A DNA stretch of 64,000 bases from Clostridia bacterium (lineage in GTDB: Bacteria; Bacillota; Clostridia; Oscillospirales; CAG-272): the NCBI GenBank assembly GCA_017483195.1, contig JAFULR010000016.1, positions 73,310 through 137,309 of the forward strand, read 5' to 3'. Shown here in pieces: positions 1 to 9,208 of the stretch. The translations under genes were made by a program, and so were the position numbers. The notes beneath the pieces were generated by a model. That model was not told the DNA's origin. It made no database searches and saw nothing but the letters and a program-made list of their open reading frames with translations. Position 1 is the stretch's first letter; each line of letters opens with the position of its first letter.

Positions 1-1826
1 GGCAGGAGCAGATGATAAAGGCGATATACCGAGGAATAGTCAAGGAGAAGAACGTTTTTGTTCAGGCTCCAACGGGTATCGGAAAGACTATATCGTCCCT
101 TTATCCCGCCGTTCGCGCACTCAGTGAGGGCAAGATAGATAAGATTTTCTATCTTACCGCAAAGGCTCAGACAAGGCGCGAGGCATGGGGAGCTATGAAA
201 AAGCTTCACGCTGCCGGCGCAAGGCTTAAAACCATATTTATAAGCGCGAAGGATTCGGTGTGTGTATGCCCTAAAAAGACCGCGAGCGGACTTGGTGCAA
301 GCAATTTCTGCAATTCCTTTGATTGCGAATTTGCGCGTGGCTATTACGATAGGGTAAACGATGCCATTCGCGAGCTGGTTGAAGGATATTCCGGCTACAC
401 GCAATCACTTATTTTGAGTGTTGCTCAGAGGTATAGAGTGTGCCCGTATGAGCTTTCCCTTGATCTTTCACTTCTTTGCGACGTGGTGATCTGCGATTAT
501 AACTATATTTTCGATCCGATAATATATTTCCAAAGATATTTTGGCGATGAGGGTGAGCGCGGCAGATACGTCTTTCTGGTAGATGAGGCTCACAATCTTC
601 CCGACAGAGCGATAGATATGTATTCCGCATCGCTTTCAAGAAATGAGATTGCCTCGGTTGCGTGCGCTTTGCCGCCTTACGATAGCGAGCTTATTTGCGA
701 GCTTGACGGCTTTATAAGGCTGCTTGACGACTCTAAAGCGCTCTGCTACGATAATATGTTCAAAAATGAAAAGGGTGAGGAAACGGGTTATTATATCAGT
801 AAAAATGCCTATTCCGATATCGAAAAGAGAGTGGAATCCGTCAGCCGCGCCATGAGCGCTTGGATAAGGAAGAATAAGCTTTCCCAAAATCTTTTCGAGG
901 TTAAGGCTCTATACCGTGAGCTTAGTAAATACAAAAAGATAAGCGAGCTTTACGACGAGCATTACGTTTTCTTTATCGAGGTTTCGGGCGGTGACGTTAA
1001 GGTAAGGCTTGCATGTCTCGACCCATCACATCAGCTTGCCGCTTGCCACAAAAGAGCGGTTTCAAGCGTTATGTTTTCTGCGACCCTTGAGCCAATAGAT
1101 TATTTTTCCGACATTCTCGGTGGCGATAAGAGGAGTGTAAGGCTTCAGCTTCCGTCACCGTTTGACCATAAAAATCTTGGAGTGTTTTGCGTTGATGCCG
1201 TTAATACTCGCTTCGAGGAAAGGGAAAAATCCTATAAAAAAATAGCCTCCGCCATAGCTGGAGCAGTAAGCGGCAGGGCGGGGAATTATATCGTTTTCTT
1301 CCCCTCGTATAAGTATATGAGCGAAGTCAAGGCGGAATTTGAAAAGAAATATCCAAAGGTATTTTCCTTTTCTCAGAAGGCGAATATGAGCTATTCCGAA
1401 AAAGAAGAATTCTTGGCTAATTTCAAGGAGGATAACGGAATTCTCAGAGTGGGATTCTGTGTTCTCGGCGGCAGCTTTTCGGAGGGAGTGGATCTTCCGG
1501 GCTCACGTCTTATAGGAACCGTGATCGTTGGCGTGGGACTGCCGGGCATCTCCAACGAACGCAACATTATGAAGGATTATTTTGACAACACCCGTGAAAA
1601 CGGATATGATTACGCATATACCTATCCCGGAATGAACCGCGTGCTTCAGGCTGCGGGTAGAGTTATCAGAACTGAAAATGACAGGGGAATTGTTGTTTTA
1701 CTTGATGACAGATATGCTACGGAGCAGTATAAGGCTATGTTTCCGCTCCATTGGTCGCACGCAAAATACGTCCACAGCGCGCATGAGCTTGCGGGAGCGG
1801 TCAAAAAATTCTGGAGTGAGCAATAA
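1..1826 (+). CDS. DinG/XPD(Rad3)-family ATP-dependent DNA helicase, Fe-S cluster type; N-terminus probably outside the window
   Basis: Walker A QAPTGIGKT and DEAH box (VDEAHNL), with a Cys cluster (CVCP...C...C) between them. C-terminal motif QAAGRVIR. The frame stays open back to nt 3. Confidence 0.8.
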   Translation, partial: QEQMIKAIYRGIVKEKNVFVQAPTGIGKTISSLYPAVRALSEGKIDKIFYLTAKAQTRREAWGAMKKLHAAGARLKTIFISAKDSVCVCPKKTASGLGASNFCNSFDCEFARGYYDRVNDAIRELVEGYSGYTQSLILSVAQRYRVCPYELSLDLSLLCDVVICDYNYIFDPIIYFQRYFGDEGERGRYVFLVDEAHNLPDRAIDMYSASLSRNEIASVACALPPYDSELICELDGFIRLLDDSKALCYDNMFKNEKGEETGYYISKNAYSDIEKRVESVSRAMSAWIRKNKLSQNLFEVKALYRELSKYKKISELYDEHYVFFIEVSGGDVKVRLACLDPSHQLAACHKRAVSSVMFSATLEPIDYFSDILGGDKRSVRLQLPSPFDHKNLGVFCVDAVNTRFEEREKSYKKIASAIAGAVSGRAGNYIVFFPSYKYMSEVKAEFEKKYPKVFSFSQKANMSYSEKEEFLANFKEDNGILRVGFCVLGGSFSEGVDLPGSRLIGTVIVGVGLPGISNERNIMKDYFDNTRENGYDYAYTYPGMNRVLQAAGRVIRTENDRGIVVLLDDRYATEQYKAMFPLHWSHAKYVHSAHELAGAVKKFWSEQ

Positions 1827-1842
1827 AAAACTCCCGAAAGTA

Positions 1843-1871
1843 TTGAAATTATTGATATTTTGTGATACAAT
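1843..1871 (+). promoter_or_regulatory. sigma-A type promoter upstream of asnS
   Basis: TTGAAA (1843-1848), 17-nt spacer, TACAAT (1866-1871), with a TG-extended -10 (TGTGATACAAT). Confidence 0.55.
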
Positions 1872-1922
1872 ATATAAAATTTTTTAATTTTCTCAATAAA
1901 AACTCAAAAAGAAGGTAGAAAA

Positions 1923-3317
1923 ATGAAACGTATAACAGTAAAAGAGATCTTTGCGTCCCCCGAAAAGTATGCGGGACAGAAAATCACCGTTGCAGGTTGG
2001 GCAAGAACCATTCGCGCCTCCAACGTTTTCGGATTTATCGAGCTTAACGACGGAAGCTATTTTAAAAATCTTCAGGTCGTTTTCGAGGATGCAAAGCTTG
2101 ACAATTATAAAACCATAGCAAAGCAGAACGTCGGATGCTCCTTTGTGATCGAGGGTACTCTTGAGCTTACTCCCGAGGCAAAGCAGCCCTTTGAGCTTAA
2201 GGCTGAAAGGATCGACGTTGAGGGCGCATCAACTCCCGATTATCCTCTTCAGAAGAAGAGACACAGCTTTGAATATCTCAGAACGATAGCGCATCTCCGT
2301 CCCAGAGCGAACACCTTTAACGCGGTGTTCCGTGTAAGAAGCGTAGCGGCTTATGCCATCCATAAGTTCTTCCAGGACAGAGGATTTGTTTACGTTCACA
2401 CCCCTCTTATCACGGGAAGCGACTGCGAGGGCGCGGGCGAGATGTTCCAGGTTACAACGCTTGATCTTGAAAATCCCCCAAGAACCGAGAACGGCGAGAT
2501 AGATTATACTCAGGATTTCTTCGGCAAAAAGGCGGGACTTACGGTTTCGGGTCAGCTCAACGTTGAGACCTATGCTATGGCATTTGCAAACGTATATACC
2601 TTCGGTCCCACGTTCCGCGCAGAGCGTTCAAATACTCAGAGACACGCGGCGGAATTCTGGATGGTTGAGCCTGAGCTTGCCTTTGCGGATCTTACCGACT
2701 ATATGGATACCGCCGAGGATATGATGAAATTCGTGCTTTCCTACGTAATGGAAAACTGCAAGGCAGAGATGGAATTCTTCAACAATTTCGTTGATAAGGG
2801 ACTTATCGACCGTCTTACTGCTCTTGTGAACAGTGATTTCGGTAGAATTACCTATACAGAAGCGGTTGAAAAGCTTCAGAGCTGCGGTCATACCTTTGAA
2901 TATCCCGTATATTGGGGAATGGATCTTCAGACCGAGCACGAGAGATATCTCACCGAGGAGATCTTTAAAAAGCCCGTATTCGTAACCGATTATCCCAAGG
3001 ATATCAAGGCATTCTATATGCGCCAGAACGACGACGGCAAGACCGTTGCTGCAGCGGATATGCTCGTTCCCGGTGTAGGTGAGCTTATCGGCGGCTCTCA
3101 GCGTGAGGAGAGAATGGAGAAGCTTCTTGAGGCTATGGCAAAGTTCAACCTCAACCCCGAGGATTATTGGTGGTATCTTGAGCTTCGCAAGTACGGCGGA
3201 TGCCGTCACGCAGGCTTTGGTCTTGGCTTTGAAAGACTTATTATGTACATCACGGGTATCTCCAACATCCGTGACGTTGAAGCGTTCCCAAGAACCACGG
3301 GTAACGCGGAATTTTAA
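1923..3317 (+). CDS. asnS: asparaginyl-tRNA synthetase
   Basis: 464 aa. N-terminal OB domain and class II motifs (GPTFRAE...[17 protein letters not shown]). Length is typical of Firmicute AsnRS. Confidence 0.93.
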   Translation: MKRITVKEIFASPEKYAGQKITVAGWARTIRASNVFGFIELNDGSYFKNLQVVFEDAKLDNYKTIAKQNVGCSFVIEGTLELTPEAKQPFELKAERIDVEGASTPDYPLQKKRHSFEYLRTIAHLRPRANTFNAVFRVRSVAAYAIHKFFQDRGFVYVHTPLITGSDCEGAGEMFQVTTLDLENPPRTENGEIDYTQDFFGKKAGLTVSGQLNVETYAMAFANVYTFGPTFRAERSNTQRHAAEFWMVEPELAFADLTDYMDTAEDMMKFVLSYVMENCKAEMEFFNNFVDKGLIDRLTALVNSDFGRITYTEAVEKLQSCGHTFEYPVYWGMDLQTEHERYLTEEIFKKPVFVTDYPKDIKAFYMRQNDDGKTVAAADMLVPGVGELIGGSQREERMEKLLEAMAKFNLNPEDYWWYLELRKYGGCRHAGFGLGFERLIMYITGISNIRDVEAFPRTTGNAEF

Positions 3318-3612
3318 TTAACGCACAAACTTATGCGATAAAGTTTTCGTCCACCTTTTTCAAAAGGTGGCGCGGGTACGGGGCGCGTAGCCCTGTATTC
3401 AGCGTTTCTTTTGTTAGCTTTTCTTTGCGCTTTCTGTGTCAAAGAAAAGCGGCTGACTGCTATTGGTATCAAAGGTCCTTTAACGCTTTTTCTTTTGAGA
3501 AAGTAGCCCCAAAAGAAAAAGCTTTGCAAAAAGAAAATGGGCGTATTCGCCTGCGCGGCGGGCGCCCGCTTTTGAAAAAGCGGGGCAAAACAGCAAGTTG
3601 GTTTGTGCTAAC
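3318..3612. repeat. hairpin-rich mosaic intergenic repeat (copy E)
   Basis: Strong hairpins at 3351-3370, 3417-3450, 3485-3522 and 3565-3585. Inverted ends GCACAAAC (3323-3330) and GTTTGTGC (3601-3608). The 32-nt block 3560-3591 is identical to 9931-9962. Confidence 0.7.
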
Positions 3613-3638
3613 AATATTCATAAGAGGAGGTGTTCATT

Positions 3639-4925
3639 TTGAGATACAGTGAAATGAGCAACCGCGAGCTTGAGAAATTATATCTTGAGCTTAAAAATGA
3701 ATATAAAACGGTGTGCGAGAGTGGTCTTTCGCTCGACCTTTCGCGCGGTAAGCCCGGCAGGGAGCAGCTCGATATGATGACGGGAATGCTTGACTGCATA
3801 TCAAAGAGCGAGGACTGTATAAACGAAAACGGAGTTGACTATAGAAATTACGGAATTCTTGAGGGAATTCCCGAGGCGAAGAAGCTTTTTTCGGAGCTTT
3901 TGAATATTCCACCCGAAAATATATTCGTTGCGGGAAACTCGTCGCTCAATCTTATGTACGATACGGTCGCAAGAGCGATGCTTTACGGCGTTCTCGGAAG
4001 CGCAAAGCCCTGGTGCAAGCTTCCCGTTGTAAAATTCATCTGCCCTGCGCCCGGATACGATAGGCATTTTGCCATCTGCCAATCCCTTGGAATTGAGATG
4101 ATAACCGTCGATATGACACCCACGGGTCCCGATATGGACGCGGTCGAAGCTCTCGTTGCAAATGACGATAGCATCAAGGGAATCTGGTGCTGCCCGAAAT
4201 ATTCAAATCCCGAGGGAATAACCTATTCCGACGAAACGGTGCGCCGCCTTGCTAAGATGCACACCGCGGCAAACGATTTCAGGATCTTCTGGGATAATGC
4301 CTATGCCGTACACGACCTCTATCCCGATAAGCGCGACGAGCTTGCTGACATTTTTGAGGTCTGCCTTGAGTGCGGACACATCGACAGAGTGTTCTATTTC
4401 GCATCGACCTCAAAGATATCATTTCCCGGCTCGGGTGTTGCCATCTTTGCCACAAGCACGAGGAACTATAATCAGATAAAGCCCATTCTTGCGGCGCAGA
4501 CGATAGGCTTTGATAAGATAAATCAGATAAGACACGTCAAATATTTCGGAAATGCGGAGAATATCCGTGAGCATATGAAAAAGCTTGCAGAGATCATCCG
4601 TCCAAAATTTGATATCGTCAAGGATACGCTCTCGCGCGAGCTCGGTGATGCCGATATAGCGACGTGGAGCGATCCGAACGGCGGATATTTTATCAGCCTT
4701 AATACACTTGACGGATGCGCAAAGCGAGTATATAAGCTGCTCAAGAAAGCGGGAGTTGTCGTAACCACCGTCGGAGCTACCTTCCCGTACGGAAACGACC
4801 TTCGCGATAGAAATATACGCATCGCGCCGACCTATCCCTCGAACGGGGAGCTTCAGCAAGCGATGAACGTCCTCTGCCTCTGCGTAAAGATCGCAAGCGT
4901 TGAGAAGATGCTGGATATAATTTAG
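3639..4925 (+). CDS. PLP-dependent aminotransferase (class I/II fold)
   Basis: The track ORF starts at 3630. Aminotransferase-like sequence with the pyridoxal-Lys motif [12 protein letters not shown]. The AGGAGG RBS at 3624-3629 favours TTG 3639; ATG 3654 is an alternative. Confidence 0.75.
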   Translation: MRYSEMSNRELEKLYLELKNEYKTVCESGLSLDLSRGKPGREQLDMMTGMLDCISKSEDCINENGVDYRNYGILEGIPEAKKLFSELLNIPPENIFVAGNSSLNLMYDTVARAMLYGVLGSAKPWCKLPVVKFICPAPGYDRHFAICQSLGIEMITVDMTPTGPDMDAVEALVANDDSIKGIWCCPKYSNPEGITYSDETVRRLAKMHTAANDFRIFWDNAYAVHDLYPDKRDELADIFEVCLECGHIDRVFYFASTSKISFPGSGVAIFATSTRNYNQIKPILAAQTIGFDKINQIRHVKYFGNAENIREHMKKLAEIIRPKFDIVKDTLSRELGDADIATWSDPNGGYFISLNTLDGCAKRVYKLLKKAGVVVTTVGATFPYGNDLRDRNIRIAPTYPSNGELQQAMNVLCLCVKIASVEKMLDII

Positions 4926-4933
4926 GAGGATAT

Positions 4934-5182
4934 ATGAAGAAGATGACTGTGAAAATTCTTTCGATGATACTTGTTATCGCATTTGCGTTTGGAGTGATGT
5001 CAGTTCCGATTTTCGCGACGAACGCAGAGATCGAGGAGGAAGAGTACCACAATCCGCTTGGAGATTTTATGTCTGCAATTCTTATCGTTGCAGGCGTCGC
5101 ACTTTCGATAATTGCCATAGTGGAATTGATCTTCGAGTATATAGTGTCATCCATTGGAAATTGGATTAACGGAATAGCATAA
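4934..5182 (+). CDS. small secreted/membrane protein, unknown function
   Basis: 82 aa with an AGGAGG RBS directly upstream. Signal-peptide-like N-terminus, acidic EIEEEE stretch and one C-terminal TM helix. A terminator follows. Confidence 0.55.
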   Translation: MKKMTVKILSMILVIAFAFGVMSVPIFATNAEIEEEEYHNPLGDFMSAILIVAGVALSIIAIVELIFEYIVSSIGNWINGIA

Positions 5183-5190
5183 AAAATAAG

Positions 5191-5218
5191 GGAACAACCG
5201 CGAGGTTGTTCCTTTTTT
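5191..5218 (+). terminator. intrinsic terminator
   Basis: GGAACAACC-GCGA-GGTTGTTCC stem-loop followed by TTTTTT. Confidence 0.8.
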
Positions 5219-5225
5219 GTTGCTT

Positions 5226-5519
5226 TTCAAATTTTTGATTTATTGGTCACTTTTTTCGAGAAAAAAGTGACCAAAAAAGCTTTAATCAGCTTCGCGGCAA
5301 TACCAATAAAATCTGTACTAACCTGTAGGGACCGGCGTCCCCGACGGTCCATAACGATGAAATAACATCAAATTTCACGGCTACGCACAAACAAAATCCA
5401 ACATTTTTGAACAAAAGTTACTTTGCTTTTGAATTGGACCGTCGGGGACGCCGGTCCCTACAAGGTTACTTCAATTAAAAATGAATTTGTACTAATCCCT
5501 CGCTAAATCCCAATTTATC
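5226..5519 (-). repeat. mosaic dyad-symmetric intergenic repeat (copy D, inverted orientation)
   Basis: Ends are TTCAAATTTTTGATTTATTGG (5226-5246) and TCCCTCGCTAAATCCCAATTTATC (5496-5519), the reverse complements of the ends seen at 13072-13495. Palindrome at 5243-5274. Perfect 27-bp inverted repeat 5324-5350 / 5436-5462. Confidence 0.75.
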
Positions 5520-5526
5520 AACACAT

Positions 5527-5554
5527 AACAAAAGAGGGAACTTATCGTTCCCTC
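5527..5554 (-). terminator. intrinsic terminator of tyrS
   Basis: On the minus strand, GAGGGAAC-GATAA-GTTCCCTC is followed by TTTTGTT, starting 7 nt after the tyrS stop. Confidence 0.8.
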
Positions 5555-5560
5555 AATTTT

Positions 5561-6778
5561 TTATTTAATTACAACCTTCTTAAAGTTCTTCTTACCTCTT
5601 CTTACGAGGATGCCGTCCTTAAGATCTGCGGCTGTGAAGCTGTGGCGAAGATTTGTGATCTTTTCGTCGTTGACCGTTACGCCGCCCTGTTCAACTGCTC
5701 TGCGAGCTTCACTACGAGAGGGAACAAGCTCCGCTTTAACGAGAACGGAGAGAATGTCGATCGCGCCGTCCTGAAGATCGGATTCTGCAAGCTCAACTGT
5801 GGGAGCGTTATCCGCGCCGCCCGTGAAGAGTGAGCGAGCCATTGCCTGCGCCTTTTCTGCCTCGTCCTTTCCGTGTACCATCTCTGTAAGCTCATAAGCA
5901 AGGATCTCCTTTGCACGGTTGAGCTGTGCGCCCTCCCAGGTATCCATCTCGTTGATCTGCTCAATGGGAAGGAAGGTGAGCATTCTGATGCACTTAAGCA
6001 CGTCAGCGTCGCCAACGTTTCTCCAGTACTGGTAGAACTCAAAGGGACTTGTCTTGTTAGGATCGAGCCAAACTGCGTTGCCTGCGGTCTTGCCCATCTT
6101 TTTGCCCTGAGAGTCGGTGAGAAGGGTGATAGTCATAGCGTGAGCGTCCTTGCCAAGCTTTCTTCTGATAAGCTCGGTACCGCCAAGCATATTTGACCAC
6201 TGATCGTCGCCGCCGAACTGCATATTGCAGTTGTAGTTCTTGAAAAGGTGGTAGAAGTCGTAGGACTGCATTATCATATAGTTGAATTCAAGGAAGGAAA
6301 GACCCTTTTCCATTCTCTGCTTGTAGCACTCTGCAGAGAGCATTCTGTTTACAGAGAAGCACGCGCCGACCTCACGAAGAAGCTCAACGTAATTGAGATC
6401 AAGGAGCCATTCGGCATTGTTGATCATAGTTGCCTTGCCTTCACCAAAGTCGATGAATCTCTCCATCTGACGCTTAAAGCACTCTGCGTTGTGGTTGATA
6501 TCCTCGATCGTGAGCATCTTTCTCATATCGGTTCTGCCCGAGGGGTCGCCGATCATTGTCGTGCCGCCGCCGATTAGGGCGATGGGCTTGTTGCCTGCCA
6601 TCTGCAAGCGTTTCATAAGTGTAAGAGCCATAAAGTGACCTGCCGTCAAGCTGTCTGCGGTGCAGTCAAAGCCGATGTAGAAGGTCGCCTTGCCCTCGTT
6701 GATCATATTTCTGATCTCTTCCTCGTTTGTAACCTGAGCAATAAGCCCACGCGCAACGAGTTCTTCATAGATTTTCAT
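5561..6778 (-). CDS. tyrS: tyrosyl-tRNA synthetase
   Basis: 405 aa. HIGH-type motif (ADSLTAGHF), KMSKS-type motif (KKMGKT) and a C-terminal S4-like domain. RBS AGGAGA. A Tyr-specific T-box lies upstream. Confidence 0.93.
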   Translation of the reverse strand: MKIYEELVARGLIAQVTNEEEIRNMINEGKATFYIGFDCTADSLTAGHFMALTLMKRLQMAGNKPIALIGGGTTMIGDPSGRTDMRKMLTIEDINHNAECFKRQMERFIDFGEGKATMINNAEWLLDLNYVELLREVGACFSVNRMLSAECYKQRMEKGLSFLEFNYMIMQSYDFYHLFKNYNCNMQFGGDDQWSNMLGGTELIRRKLGKDAHAMTITLLTDSQGKKMGKTAGNAVWLDPNKTSPFEFYQYWRNVGDADVLKCIRMLTFLPIEQINEMDTWEGAQLNRAKEILAYELTEMVHGKDEAEKAQAMARSLFTGGADNAPTVELAESDLQDGAIDILSVLVKAELVPSRSEARRAVEQGGVTVNDEKITNLRHSFTAADLKDGILVRRGKKNFKKVVIK

Positions 6779-6843
6779 AATTTTTCTCCTATCTGAAATG
6801 TAATTGTTAACTATTTATAAGTAACTTTGAATTAGGTAAGAAG

Positions 6844-7423
6844 GGAACTCCCTCACCGCCTACGGCGGAGCTCCCTCTGCGGAAGGAGCCTCGGTGAGAT
6901 AATCCTCGATTTATCAAATATAGTATTTGAAAAACTATTGTTTGCTACTTTTAACTTTATTGATTTCGGCATCCAAGTACCCGCAAACCCAAGTGAAATC
7001 CTTATCGATTTGCTTATTCGGTATTCTGATTATTTGAATACCTTGTTTATTTATTTCTTCGGTGCGTATTTTATCTTTTTCAATACCCTCTTTTGAATAG
7101 TGTTGATTTCCGTCAATTTCAATAGCAATTTTCAAGCTTGGACAATAGAAATCAACAATGTATTCTCCTATTGCTTTTTGCCTTTGAAATTTCACTTCAT
7201 AATTTTTTAAAAAGTCATACCAAAGGTGTTTTTCTTGCGGTGTAGATCTTTTTCTTAGGTTTTTTGCTAAAACTATGTTTTTTCCATTATAAATTATTGG
7301 CATAATTTTACCTCTGAAAAGTTTTATTAAATTGTTATGTTAAACTTTATGGCTACACAAGAGAGAAGATCTTACCGAGGCTCCTTCCGAGGAGGGAGCT
7401 CCGCGAAGCGGTGAGGGAGTTCC
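6844..7423 (-). mobile_element. TIR-bounded cassette carrying a DUF559 endonuclease gene
   Basis: 6844-6900 and 7369-7423 are ~55-nt imperfect inverted repeats whose outer 16 nt (GGAACTCCCTCACCGC) are identical. They enclose a single ORF. The first 48 nt are identical to 63067-63114. Confidence 0.7.
6935..7303 (-). CDS. DUF559 domain protein (Vsr/restriction-endonuclease-like fold)
   Basis: 122 aa. STPQEKHLW...KFQRQKAIGEYIVDFYCPSLKIAIEIDGNQH...IRIPN matches the conserved DUF559 pattern. RBS GAGGT. Confidence 0.85.
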   Translation of the reverse strand: MPIIYNGKNIVLAKNLRKRSTPQEKHLWYDFLKNYEVKFQRQKAIGEYIVDFYCPSLKIAIEIDGNQHYSKEGIEKDKIRTEEINKQGIQIIRIPNKQIDKDFTWVCGYLDAEINKVKSSKQ

Positions 7424-7445
7424 TACTTGAAGTAAAAGTAACTAT

Positions 7446-7705
7446 AAAAAAATAAAAAGTCCCTGAACCCAAACGGGTTCAAGGACGAATTAGCGTGATA
7501 CCACCTTGCTTCGAGCGAAATGCGTGCATTTTGCTCCTCATTATGCGCTGTAACGGGCGCGCCGTTGCCGCCTACTCTCAAAACGGATTTCGGGACAAAG
7601 CTCCGAGATGTATTCGCGTTATGTTTTCTGCGCCTCTCACCCACCGGCAGCTCTCTGTAGAAAAGGGAAAACGTTACTGCTTCTCTTCATAGCATTAATT
7701 TATTA
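7446..7705 (-). promoter_or_regulatory. T-box riboswitch leader, tyrosine specifier (UAC)
   Basis: Read on the minus strand: K-turn/AGUA region, AG bulge CAGAGAGC and distal loop GGUGGGUGAGAG. Specifier GAA-UAC-A (UAC = 7610-7612), F-box CCGUUAC and T-box AAGGUGGUAUCACG. Terminator at 7459-7486 followed by a U-tract. Confidence 0.88.
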
Positions 7706-7711
7706 CAAGCT

Positions 7712-7740
7712 ATATTAACATAAAATTTACACGTTGTCAA
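7712..7740 (-). promoter_or_regulatory. sigma-A type promoter of the tyrS T-box leader
   Basis: Minus strand: TTGACA (7740-7735), 17-nt spacer, TAATAT (7717-7712). It overlaps the 3' end of mtaB. Confidence 0.55.
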
Positions 7741-9052
7741 CGATTTCCGCAAAAAAAGTTTCACCGTTGTGGCTTATCAATCTGACAAATGCCACCTCGG
7801 AGTGAAGGGGCTTCTCACTTTTAACGCAGACCTCAAGAAAATCGGGAGTGTGACCGTATGCCTTTCCGTTTTCAAAGCTTTCAAAAAGGACCCTGTGAGC
7901 GCCGCCTTGCGCCAAAATTCGGTCGAATTCTTCTTTGCGTATGCTCTTTTCAAGGGAGATAAGCTCCGCTGAGCGCATTTTTTTGATCTCCTGAGGTATC
8001 TGTTCTCCCATTTTTGCCGCAGGTGTTCCTTGGCGGGCAGAGAAGGGGAAAACGTGTATCATAAGGAAATTAGCTTTTTTTGCAAATTCAAGTGTTTCAT
8101 TGAAATCCTCGTCGGTTTCACCGGGAAATCCCACAATTATATCGGTGGTGTAACGAACGGCGGGCATAGCTGCGCGAAGTCGCTCCATATTGGCAAGTGC
8201 CTGATCGGCATTGTATTTACGCTTCATATTGCGAAGGGTTTTTGAGCTGCCCGACTGCATTGAAATGTGAAAATGGGGAGCGAGCTTTTTGAGATCTTTA
8301 ATCTTGTTTACGAATTTCTCCGTAAGACAGGAGGGATCGAGCGAGCCGAGACGAATGGTAAAATCGCCCTCTATCGCGTCTATATCGCAAAGAAGATCCG
8401 CGAAGGTGTAGCCGTCAATATCCTTTCCGTAGGATGCGGTCTCGATGCCCGTAAGCACCACCTCGCGACAGCCGTTTTTCACAAAGTGAGTTACCTCGCA
8501 AATTACCTCCTCTGGCACTTTTGAGCGTATTTTTCCTCGTGCGTAAGGGATGATACAATACGTACATTTACTCTCGCAGCCGTCCTCAATTTTGATATAT
8601 GCGCGCGTGCGGTCAAAATGCTTTATCTCCATTTTTTCAAAGCCTGCGGAGTCGATATCGCGCACGAAAATCTCGGTTTTTGCGTTCTTCTCATCGCGTT
8701 CAAAAAGGTCGCAAAGAGCTTCTGCGATAATGAGCTTGTCCGTGTTACCGCAAACGTAGTCAACTCCGGATATAGCCGCAATATTTTGCGGATTTGTCTG
8801 AGCAAGGCAACCCGTAACCAGAATGTATGCCTCTGGATTTCTTGAGATCGCGCGGCGGATAAACTGACGCGCCTTTCGGTCGCTCTCAGCCGTTACGGTG
8901 CAGGTATTTATAATGTATGCATCGCATTCCTCGGTGCTTGGCTTTATTTCAAAGCCCTGAGAAGTGAGACGCTCGGCTATTGCCTCGCTCTCATACTGGT
9001 TAACCTTGCATCCAAGCGTAAGTATGCCGACGCTCTTTCTAAAATCGTTCAT
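7727..9052 (-). CDS. mtaB: tRNA threonylcarbamoyladenosine methylthiotransferase MtaB (radical SAM)
   Basis: 441 aa. N-terminal TLGCKVNQYESEA (MtaB/YqeV type rather than MiaB) and radical-SAM motif CESKCTYCIIP. Confidence 0.82.
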   Translation of the reverse strand: MNDFRKSVGILTLGCKVNQYESEAIAERLTSQGFEIKPSTEECDAYIINTCTVTAESDRKARQFIRRAISRNPEAYILVTGCLAQTNPQNIAAISGVDYVCGNTDKLIIAEALCDLFERDEKNAKTEIFVRDIDSAGFEKMEIKHFDRTRAYIKIEDGCESKCTYCIIPYARGKIRSKVPEEVICEVTHFVKNGCREVVLTGIETASYGKDIDGYTFADLLCDIDAIEGDFTIRLGSLDPSCLTEKFVNKIKDLKKLAPHFHISMQSGSSKTLRNMKRKYNADQALANMERLRAAMPAVRYTTDIIVGFPGETDEDFNETLEFAKKANFLMIHVFPFSARQGTPAAKMGEQIPQEIKKMRSAELISLEKSIRKEEFDRILAQGGAHRVLFESFENGKAYGHTPDFLEVCVKSEKPLHSEVAFVRLISHNGETFFAEIVDNV

Positions 9053-9208
9053 TTTTACCTCTTTATATAAATGATGCTATAATTATATCACAATTTTGAA
9101 AAAAGTAAAGTTTTTTCTGAAAATAGACTTGAAAAAAGGGGAAAGCGGTAGTATAATAGTAAAGATAGTAAAATACATATGCTGAATTTCAGCGGAATGG
9201 AGTATATT

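Noticed and set aside
7423-7692. Track ORFs of 73 aa (minus) and 65 aa (plus)
   Set aside because: They overlap the T-box leader RNA, whose conserved elements account for the sequence.
9192-9207. 16-nt identity (GCGGAATGGAGTATAT) immediately upstream of the start codons of upp (9192-9207) and the DUF1385 gene (23789-23804)
   Set aside because: About one chance 16-mer match is expected among all position pairs in a 64-kb window, and both copies contain an RBS-like GGAG. It is intriguing because of the shared position, but there is not enough evidence to call a regulatory motif.
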